Positions 14,201-26,218 of a stretch of DNA of 64,000 nucleotides are shown here, piece by piece (positions within the stretch are counted from its first letter, which is position 1; the number at the start of each line of letters is the position of its first letter). This stretch comes from Octopus sinensis (taxonomy: Eukaryota): the NCBI RefSeq assembly GCF_006345805.1, contig NC_042997.1, forward strand, positions 14,632,001-14,696,000, read 5' to 3'. The notes beneath the pieces were generated by a model. It saw nothing but the letters and a program-made list of their open reading frames with translations, ran no database searches and was not told where the DNA came from. A program made the position numbers and the translations under genes.

Positions 14201-17200
14201 GACCCCTTCCGCTTGCCCCGCTTCTGGTCAACGCACCCGGCTGCTGACGTCGCGCCGCGCACCACTATCTCTACCTTGCTGCTGCCTCTGCAACGGATTT
14301 CGCTGCCGTCGACCGCCCGGACACTACTCACCCCGTTCCATTCCTTCGTCACCCTCGAAGTCACCAGGGTGGTCGTACAGCCCGTATCCACAAGGGCCTT
14401 GAACGTCTCCCCCTCGGCCTCCACGTCAATCAATGGCAGCGTCTCCAATAGCGCCTCTACTCGTTTGAGGGGAAAGTTCGAGAGGCAGCAACTTCCCCAC
14501 GGTCGTTTCCCTGGCCGCAATCACGGGCAATGTGCCCTGTCTGCCTGCATCGATAGCAAACGGGCCCCGGCTGCGTACAGTCCCGCGCCATGTGCGGTCC
14601 CTGGCATCTAAAACACCGTCCTGAGAACGGCCGCTCTCGTTGCACGGTGAGCTTCTGTACCTCTTTCTCGGGACGTCGTCTGTCACCGCCATCGCTATCG
14701 CCTTCCGCCCAGAGTGTCTCGTCAATGCGCGAGCATGAGCTACAAGTTCGCTCAATGGCATCTTTTTAACCCTGGGCAGTCGTTGTAGGTGAATCCCTAC
14801 ATCGTCGGGGAACCCATTCACGAACGCCAGTTGGGCTGCTCTCTCCAGTCCTTCTCCGGCAAACCCGGCCAGAGTCGCTAGCCTTCTAGCTTCTGATGCA
14901 AAGTTGTCCACTTGGCCTCCCGTCCACCTGATTGCACCTAGCTTAGCGAAAGCTGTGTACTCGCATTCCGTGTATGCGTCACACAAACGTCGCTCTATAT
15001 TCTCATCACTGAGCCGTTCCTCTTCATCCATCTCTAGGTAGAGCGACAACGTGCTCCCTTCCAAATACAGCGCCATAAGACTCGCCACGTCGCTTATGCC
15101 CTGCAGTCTCACCACCAGCCTGAATTTGCGAATCCATGCCACTACATCGCCTTCGCCGTTAAAAGGTCTGACGACGTCACTGGCGATCCTAATTTTTGCA
15201 GACATCGTGTTGAAAAAAATGTGAATGTTTACGAACGGCCGAAATAGCTTGTAGTGAGGGTGCGATTTGAATATAGAGGCACCTACCTTCTCTTCGTAGT
15301 GACGGAGACCCTCCAGAGATGACTAGTCCTTCCTCACAGCCCCGACCCGAACACTAACGATAGCAGCTGCTAGCCCAAACCCTTAGCGACGTCCTCGCAC
15401 GTCTTCTCACCTCCACGACCCACGTTGGAAAGGGCGATTTCTGCTCACTGCGCACGCCTGACAGCTGACCCCTTCCGCTTGCCCCAGCTTCCGGTTAACG
15501 CACCCGGCTGCTGACGTCCGGCTGCTGACGTCATCCCACATTAACATCTATAAGAAATTAATAAACTGCAAGGTTGTTATAGTGAATTTTAAAAATTTGT
15601 CCAGATTCCTTTTCCAGGAAAACTTCCTGTTCTAGTTTAGGCACAAGGCCAGCAATATTGAGAAGAGTGGGTTAACCAATTGCATCAACCCCAGCTCTTG
15701 ACTAGTATTTAAAAAGATAAAACAAAAATTGCCCTTACCAATATTTTAACTCAGAACATAAAGGGGTGTAATTAGATGTCACAGGTTATTTTTGACTAAC
15801 ACTCTAACAATTTTGCCCATCTGTCACCCTTCCTGTTTTATAAAAGAAGTAAACTTCTTGTTCTATTATTAAATTGTGGAACCACAGCTGAGATTTTTCT
15901 GTAGTCATGAACTTATGTAAAAGAATACTTTTCAGGTGAATTAGTAAAATAAGAACTAACACTTTGTTCTCTAAGACATAAATTCCAACTTTTAAACAGA
16001 AAAAAAAAAACTGAAATAATTTAAATTGTAAAATTCAGCATATTTATGACTATTGCTTTCGTTGTCTTTGAAAGACTAAAAAAGTTTAGAAATGATGTAT
16101 TTCTGTTAATTGTTATAGAGAAACGGAGGAAGTTCTGGAATGACAAAACAGAACTTGTTGTCAAAAATATAATGAAAGTAAACCCAAAAGCAAAATTTTT
16201 GGTAATGTTATGGGTGACAGAGCTTTATTTTATATATATTTTTATGAAATACATTTTTTAAACATACGTTTTTTTTCTTTTTGTTCTTATTTTAGGAAAC
16301 CTAACAATTATTCAGGATTTTGCAAAAAATTTTGCATTCCAAGGCATTGCAAATGCTATGGTCTCTGTTGATACATTTTTCTTATTGAGGTATGTAAATT
16401 TGTTAGCAATGTCAGTTTTTTCTTTCTTTTTTAGAAGAAGCAGGAACTTAGATTTCATTCAAAAGTACAAGATAATCTTTTTTAAATATAAAGGAGAGAT
16501 TTTAGTCTACTGGACTAATTCCAATGCGTTACTGGTTTATGGCTACAAAAATGATGAAAGAAAAAATTTGACCTTGTGCTGGTGGCACGTAAAAAGCACC
16601 AACCAATTGTGGCCGCTGCCAGCCTCCCCTGGCACCTGTACCAGTGGCATGTAAAAAGCACCCACTACACTCACAGAGTGGTTGGCGTTAGGAAGGGCAT
16701 CCAGCTGTAGAAACACTGCCAGATCAGACTGGAGCCTGGTGCAGCCTTCTGGCTTCCCAGACCCCAGTCGAACCGTCCAACCCATGCTAGCACGGAAAAC
16801 GTAGGTTAAACAATGATGATAATGATTTTGGTATTTAGATTCAAAACAGTGGTCTTTTAAACATTATAAGCAACAGTTTGAGAGAGAGAGAGGGAGCCAA
16901 AAGAAAACAGGTCGAGTGATAGAAGTTGAACCAAAACACGTTTCCCGACTAAGCAAGCTGTGACTTTTCACAAGCTAATATATATATATAGATATCTACT
17001 CAACTGGTACTTATCAACCTTGAAAGGATGAAAGGCAAAGTTGATCTTGGCAGAATTTGATCTCAGAACATAGTGACAGGCAAAATACTGCTAAGCATTT
17101 CGTCCACCACACTAATGATTCTGCCAGCTCACCACCTTAAAAATTGTCATAATAATGATATTGTAATAATTATTTATTAATTAATTTATTAATATATCTT

Positions 17201-20200
17201 TTCATTTCACCTCATCAGTGGACTTTTGGTATCTTATGGAAACTTTAAAGCTTTGGAGAAAACAGAAGGTAAATTTGGCTGGGTGTACTATTACATACAT
17301 CGATTTTGGCGGTAAGTATTTTAATGGTATTGCAAAATATCAATTTAGGATTGAGTTATTTGATACACTTATATTTTTTAATAATATTTGCTGTGTATAC
17401 ATGTATGCGTGTATGTATACAGACACATGCATGCATTCATACATACATACATTCATACATACATACATACACACACACATATATATACGAGCATGAAAAA
17501 ATACCCTATTATTAATGTTGAAATTCCAACGACAGAGCTATGGATCTAGATTAGAAACTGGCTCTTTCTCTATTGGCAAGAAATCTTGAAATAAGATTGA
17601 ATAATGACATGCATGAAGGCATACATACATACATACATACATACATACGTCACATCATATCCCTTTGGCAACATCTTTTAACCACCAAATGTTGAAGTGC
17701 ATGCCTTGACCAAGTTTGCATACATGAGGCAGATAATATTATGGGACTTGAAAAGCAGCTACTTGAGCAGCACTTCTTCCCTGATAACCTTAAATACATG
17801 CCCAAAGAAGCTTCATGACTCTAGGGTGATTGTATATTAGCGGAGGACCATGCATGGATATGTTAACAGAAAGCTCCAGGATGACTAACATTGATAATCA
17901 AAGCAGTCTATCGTGGACTAACAGCCAGATTACTAACTCTCACTTTGAAGGGTATGCATTGGTAATCCAGGAACAGGAAATATCAATCAGATATCTGATA
18001 CACAAAAGGGACAGGAAAAACACCAAAATATGATAACCAATACAGACTTTGGTGAGTTAACACCAAAGATATCACCCACATCATTAGCAGTTGTCCAGAA
18101 CTGTCATTGCATTATTATCAACCAGTGCAACATGATATTGTAGTCAAAACATTGTATAATGAGATCTGTCAGAAGGATAATCCTGATGCCATAGTGATAA
18201 GAGGCCATAGCAACTCATAATATGATAGTGTACCGGTGGAATGTCCCAGTGAAAACCACAATAAAATGTACACATAGTAGACCAGACATAGTGATTTGGA
18301 ACAGAGAATAGGAACTATGTACAGTTGCCCAATGGATGTCAGCATAAAGCTAAAGATCAGCAAAGAGTGGTTGGCATTAGGAAGGGCATCCAGCTGTAGA
18401 CACCTTGACAGATCTGATTAGAGCCTGGTACAGCCTTCTGGCTTGCCAATTGTCAGTCAAATCATCCATCCCATACCAGCATGGAAAGCGGATGTTAAAT
18501 GATGATGATGTGTGTATGTTTCCTTTAAGTGATATTCATTATCATATCTGATCATTGTATTTAATTTAGTCTTTCTAAAAATGTTATTGTACTAATTGGT
18601 TTATTTTATCTTTCACACCAGCTTGACCCCTCCCTACATGCTTGTTATGATGGTGTACATCCCTTTGTTTCGCTATTGGGGTGATGGACCTTATTGGCCA
18701 AAGGATGGCTTTGAGATAAATTACTGTAAAGACACTTGGTATTTCAACTTGTTATATATAAATAACTTTCTCTCAGATCCACAGAAAGGAATGGTAAGTT
18801 GTCTCTTTTTTTTTTATCTTTTTTATTTTTGTTTATCTTTTACTTTTTTTAGTCATTAAACCAGAGCCAAGAATGGGCATTGCCTTGTAGAGCTTAGTCA
18901 AACAAATTGATATTAGTAATTATTTTAAAATTTGGTGCTTAATCTTATGGAGGCGCATGGCTTAGTGGTTAGGATGTTGAACTTATGATAGTAAGATTGT
19001 GGTTTCGATTCCTGTTGCTGGCAGTGTGTTGTCTTCTTGAGTTCATTTAACATTGCTCTAGTCCACTCATCTGGAAAAAACGAGTAATCCTGCGACAGTC
19101 TGGCATACTATCCAGGGAGGAATATGTGTGCTAGGAAACCCAGGAAACCAGCCCTATGCTCCTAATGAAGTATTGCGGACTAACCAACTTCTCCTATTGG
19201 CCTCCTCATTTAAACCACTAAATTACAGGGATGGTCATCAAGCTATACTCTTTTACACGTTTCAGTCATTTGATTGTGGCTATGCTGGAACACTGCCTTT
19301 AGTCAAAGAAATTGACCCTAGGACTTATTCTTTGTAAGCCTACTACTTATTCTATCAGTCTCTTTTGCTGAACTGCTAAGTTGTCAAGCAATGGTGAGGG
19401 TACAAACACTGACACAAAGACATACACACATAAATATATATATATATATATATTTATACAACAAACTTCTTTCAGTTTCTGTCTACCAAATCCACTCTTA
19501 ACGCTTTAGTCGGCCCGAAGCTATAGTAAAAGACACTTGCCCAAGGTGCCATTCAGTGGGACTGAACTCAGAACCATGTGGTTTGGAAGTAAGCTTCTTA
19601 TCACAAAGCCACACCTGTGCCTACAAGCCATGCCTGTGCCTACTATGTGCAAACAAATTCAAAGACAAAGACGCATGTACACACACACACACACACATAC
19701 ACACACATATTTATGGTGGGCCTCTACTTGAATTTTTGTAGATTTATATATATTTTGTTGCATATATAACATGTATGTATATGATACATATATGATATAA
19801 AGGGAAGACAAAGAAAAAATGCAAACAAAAGAGAAAAAGAAGAAAACAAAACATCAATGCAGCACCAAGTGCTTCAACTTGTTGCACACCACAAGGTTCA
19901 ACGGAACCTACTGAAGCAAGCCAGTATGCTTGTGGCATTACCACAAGCGATGATGAGGCTAAGGCATTGGAAACGCCAAGCACCCTCATAGGCATCACCT
20001 GACACCTGAGTGAGGCAAGCTGTCAACAGTGATAAAAAGTTCACCATTAGGGCCCAGTCCCTCCTTTCCCATCAGCAAAATTCACTCACAGGGCATTGAT
20101 TAGCTTGAAGCTATGACAGAAGACACTTATCCATGTGCCACACAGTGGGACTGAACCCAAAACCATGTGACTGCAAAGTGAGCTTCTTAACCCCATATCC

Positions 20201-23200
20201 ATGCAGGTCCCTAAAGCCACAGAGTTAAGTTTTGAGATGTATGTTGAAAAATTTCTGAAATCTGCTCATGTAGTTGGCCTCCTTGTTTATGTAGTTGATA
20301 GTGTTATTATGCACAATGCATAATAACACTCTTAAAATGGTTGACATTAGGAAGTGTGGTGTGTGCACGATTTGAATATAAAGGCAGCTACCTTCTCTTC
20401 CTTGTGATGGAGACCCTTCTGTAGTAGCTAATCCTTCGACACAGCCCCGACCCGAACACGAAAGATAGCAGCTGCTCACCCAAACCCTTAGCGACCGTCC
20501 TCACACATCTTGTCACCTGGACGACCCACGTTGGAAAGGCCCAATTGACTGCTGCCTGCGCACGCCTGACAGCTGCCCCTTCCAGTTGCCCCAGCTTCCG
20601 GTCAACGCACCCAGCTGCTGACGTCATCCCACAGGAAGGGCATCCAGCTATAGAAACCATGCCGAACTAGGCTGGAGCTTGGTGCAGCCTTCCAGCTTGC
20701 CAGCCCTTGTCAAACTATCCAAACCATGCCAGCATGAACAACACATTAAATAATGATGATGATGATGATAGGGAGCCTAAAACCTATAAGCCCAGGGGTT
20801 CCACTAGGTCGAAATCTGCCCCTCCTACCTTTGCTTCTCACTCACTGTATTCACCCCTATGTATTCACCCTGTATTCACCTCTATCTATCTTTGTCACAG
20901 TGCATCTTTCTCTCTCCCCCACCTCCAACTATTCATGGTTATATTATACTGTCGCTCTTCTCCACCACCACCACCTTCTATGTACTGACACTTATCGTCT
21001 CCTACTCCCTGACTCACTCCTACTTGCTTCACCTTCTTCCCATGCTTCACCTTTTTCTCCATAGACCTCAACCCATGCTCTCCATTCTCTGCATGCACCT
21101 CTATTCCCATCCCTAATTATCACCAATCCTCTTCCACACTCTTCTAAACTTACTCTTTTGTCAGTCCTTGATCTTCTATGCCAATTCTTTCTGTCTCACC
21201 TTTTTGAACCTTGAGGATACACCCTTGCATCTCATCTCTTCCATCATTTCTTCCCTTGCAACTAGGGTAGCTACATATTTTTGCTACAGTGAGACACCTA
21301 TCATTTTCTAGCCCAATGGTACCCAACCATTTTTTGCCTATAGATGCCATTGATCCTTATTTCACACAGGTGGACCCTCATAGCCATTCAATGATTAAAA
21401 AATCCTACTATTATATTTATATGATTAAATATTATTAGGAAATGTATAAAAATAAAAATATTTTGTGTATAACCGGTTTTTTACACATATATTTTAACAA
21501 GCTCCCATATGGATCTTCATGGGTCTTATGGACCCAATTGAGAACCACAGCTCTGGCCTCTCAATACCTAGCAGAAAGCCCCCTCTATCAATACTTCACC
21601 CCCACTCCCAGACAAAGAGGTCTTGCCTTGTGAGTTACTTGGTGATGTCACTCATGCCACTTTGTAAAGTGGTTAGTAATAGAAAGGGCATCCAGCAGCA
21701 GAAACCATTCCAAAGAATACATTGATTGGAGCTAAACACAATCCTCTAGTCCAGTCAAACCATCCAACCTATGCCAGCCGTCAAACAACACAATCCAGTC
21801 AAACCATCCAACCCATGCCATCATGACAAAGAACACAAACGGAGGAGGAGGAGGAGGAGGATTTTGATGATGATGATGATGATTTTGATGATGATGATGA
21901 TGATTTTGATGATTTTGATGATTTTGATGATGATTATTATTATTATTATTATTATTATTTACTATCTATAAACAATCATGAACTATCTGAATTTATAGGT
22001 GTGTGTATGTCTACTATCTTCCTGTAACATTCAACACATATCGTTAGTTTTTGTTATATTTGTAGCTATTTTTTCTTTTTTTCCTATTTAGTGTATGTCC
22101 TGGACTTGGTATTTATCAAATGATATGCAGTTCTACATCATCAGCCCTATATTCATTTTAGCACTTTATCAGTAAGTAAACGATTTCCCTTCCATATACA
22201 GGTCTTAATATCAGTCAACATAAACGGATTAATACTTACAAATGAGTTAATTCTCTTGTTATTATGGACACAGTCAAATCACCAAATAGTGGATCTTTAG
22301 TTTCACATCTTTATATAGAAAAGTGAAGTTGTGTGTCTGTCTCCTACGATTTAGATTCCTAACTACTGCCACATTTTGCAGTGCAGTGTAACCAAAAGCG
22401 GGTATCTTATAGTCGTGATTCATATCGAGCCCTTCTGGGTATTAGCGCGTGTCTATGATGAGTCTACGATTTAAAAAAAATTTACCATCATTTTTTCCCA
22501 TTTTTAATTCATTTTTTTGCTATTATATAAGGGAAGAAACTCTCTAAAAATGTATTATTAAATCACAGAACGTAAAAAGCTACAGTAACACCCCCCTTTG
22601 TGGTTAGCCATATTGAGATGGCTATTATACTTTACATCTCTAAAAATGTTTATATAGTTATTTCCCTTACAAACCCGAGCAATGCCGGGCGATACTGCTA
22701 GTTTACTATAATACTATTCTATCAATAACACTTAATTTCCTTTCACATCTTTCAGATCTTTTCCGTTTGAACGGCAGTTTTCTCTAGGGGTGTCATATAA
22801 AATTGTCACCCATAATTATGACCCTAGTATCGATCTATTGCATTTCAATCTGTTTTAGGGTTAGGATTAGGGAGGAGGGTATCTTTTTTTCTTCACAAAT
22901 GTAAATAAACCCAATCTGTTTCTTAAACAAGGGACATATTCATACAGCACAGAATGTTTTTTTACCTCAATGGACGTCATTGATTGGTTGAAATTGCAGA
23001 AATTGAAGAATAAAAAAACAACAAATATCTTACAAACTATAAAATTTTCTCAATAAATCCAAGAGAAAAAGATGTTTTATAAACACATTCTACCTGTATA
23101 CGAAGTTTAAAATTTTTTAGTTACCTAGAAATTATGTTAAAAACTGCCGTTCAAACCGAAAAGATCCCATCTTTCTTAAACAGCTATGTTAGGCTGCATT

Positions 23201-24512
23201 TGTTGACTTTCTGTTGGAGAGGGAGTGCAACAAGGAGACTTTTCTGCTAGAAATAGCAGCCAAATCTATATCTATATCAACACACACACACATATATGCG
23301 TGCATGAAAAAATACCCTATTATTAATGTTGAAATTCCAACGACAGAGCCATGGATCTAGGTTAGAAACTGGCTCTTTCTCTATTGGCAAGAAATCTTGA
23401 AATAAGATTGAATAATGACATGCATGAAAGCACACATACATACATACATACATACATACATACATACATACATACATACATACATACATGAATTATGAAA
23501 TGAAAGTTACATTATATAATGTTATCCTAGATACACTATGCCTGAATAATAATTGGGTTGGTCATAACTGAGATTTCTATATCTTCACAGCAGCTCACCA
23601 ATAATTTGTCAGCAATTACTATATGATGTTACAATGGAAAATTACTCTCAAATGCCATCAGCATATAAACCAACTGTCAAATTAGTTCCATCATAATTAA
23701 TGCATTGAGGAAAAAAACTCTAATTAATTAATGAATACTTATGTGCTAAAGAGCGAAAAAGCATCAGATCAACAACGAACATTATTTTATTCCGAGTGTT
23801 TGATGCATTAGATGTGTGCATTATTGTATGTCAATATTTCATCTTTTACTTGTTTCAGTCATTAGACTGTGGCAACGCTGGGGCACGCATCATCATCATT
23901 GTCATCATTGTTCGACCATGGTCGAGACAATGGAATTTACCATGCTACGCCAGACTTCATGGTCCATCATGGCATTACGGAAGTCCTGTTGCTGGATGCC
24001 TGTATCCCTGGAGATTACATCAGGGTAGGAGAGTGTGCGCCCTCTGGTATTGTGAGTAGATGGCTTCCAGAGGACATAAACACACCAACACCAGATGTCA
24101 AGTGACAATTGTGACAAATGTAGACACAAGATACGCACACACATATTTAGGTATAGGACGGGCTTCTTTCAGTTTCCATCTATCAAATCCACTCATAACG
24201 CTTTGTTGGTCCAAGCCTATAGTAGAATACACTTTCCCAGCTTCATGCGATTGGGAAGCAAACTTCTTACCAGACAGCCACACTAATATGATGTGTACAG
24301 TGAAATCTATGTAGATATGTGTATGTGTGTGTATGTGTATATATATATAGGTGTAGGAGTGACTGTGTGGTAAGTAGCTTGCTTACAGACCACATAGTTC
24401 CGGGTTCAGTCCCACTGCGTGGCACCTTGGGCAAGTGTCTTCTACTATAGCCTCGGGCCGACCAAAGCCTTGTGAGTGGATTTGGTAGACGGAAACTGAA
24501 AAGAAGCCCGTC

Positions 24513-24565
<53 letters not shown>

Positions 24566-24760
24566 TGTGTGTATATATTTGTATCGCTTGACAACTGATG
24601 CTGGTGTATTTACGTCCCTGTAACTTAGCTGTTCGGCAAAAGAGACCAATAGAATAAGTACTAGGCTTCCAAAGAATAAGTACTGGGGTCGATTTGCTCA
24701 ACTAGAGGCAGTGCTCCAGCATGGCCACAGTCACATGACTGGAACAAGTAAAAGTGAGAG

Positions 24761-24797
<37 letters not shown>

Positions 24798-26144
24798 ATA
24801 TATACATATATATACACACACATGCATATGTGTGTCTGTCTGTCTGTCAGTGTATCTGTGTATGTTTATATTTATTTCATAGAATTATGGACCAGTTATA
24901 TGTTTATATCCATATGCTTCTATATGAGCCCATATACATATTTGTAATATTAAGATATGTATATGTAAGTATTTGTAGGTATGTGTATGTCTGTATGTAT
25001 ATATGTACGGAACAAACTGCTGGTATCAGTTGTTGGCTGTCAGTGCACTGCATCCTTCAAAACTTCCATGCTTCCTGAGATCCACCAACACTACACCTGA
25101 TTTTCTCCTCTCCATACACACGCAAGCCTGACATTACATTGACATTGCTGCTCTCGTAAATCACAGTTACAATCTAACTGACAGGTTTCAGTACAGTTGT
25201 TGTCTGTTCAATATCACTCATGTAACTTGGATCAATCTGAAACTATGATAAAAAACATTTGTCCATGTAAACTTCTTATGTTTGGTGTTTGTTATATGCT
25301 ACATTAGTAACTGAATGTTTACATATAACTTTGAAAAATCCTTAACACACTTTCTTCTTTTGATATAATTCCAGTTCAGAAATTGTTGGTTTTGTGTTAA
25401 TTGGTGTTTTTTCATTGGCCCAGTTAATTACAACAGGGGTCGTTTCAACGACAGAAAAATTACCTCCAGTTATGTTTTCTCAAGACAGGTAAGTATTTGT
25501 GAAAATATTTCCAATACGAAAATGCTGATTAACTGATTCAAACTATTCAAGATAAAAGTATCACCTGTCATACCTGAAGAGTATCGATGTAGGTTTAATT
25601 CAGATTCGAGCGAGGTCATTGCCAGTACCGTCTGACTGGCCCCCGTGCCGGTGGCACGTAAAAAGCACCCACTACACTCTTGGAGTGGTTGGCGTTAGGC
25701 AGGGCAACCAGCTGTAGAAATTCTGCCAAACCAAGATTGGAGCCTGGTGCAACCATCTGGTTCGCCAACCCTCAGTCAAAATCGTCCAACCCATGCTAGC
25801 ATGGAAAGCGGACGTTAAACGATGATGATGATGATGATTGTTTCACAATTTCCTTTAGAAAGCTATTTTTCAATGATGGACAGTGGACTTAATCTGTCAT
25901 CCAGTTTAACACCATTATGTAAAGTCAGACGAAGTGCTGTCATCTGTTAGCATACTACAGAACTAATCTGGGAACCTTTTCATGCTACCTAGTATATACA
26001 TAACTGTATGTGTGCATATGTTTGTATATATGTATATATATATATATATATATTTTAATTTAGAATAATTTGAACCCCTGTTATGCTGGAATTTTTATTC
26101 CCTAAAAAATAATATTCATATACACACATATATATATATATATT

Positions 26145-26218
<74 letters not shown>

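Noticed and set aside
14138-14611. 157-aa plus-strand ORF
   Set aside because: Antisense shadow of the GC-rich protease and LTR region; no recognisable domain.
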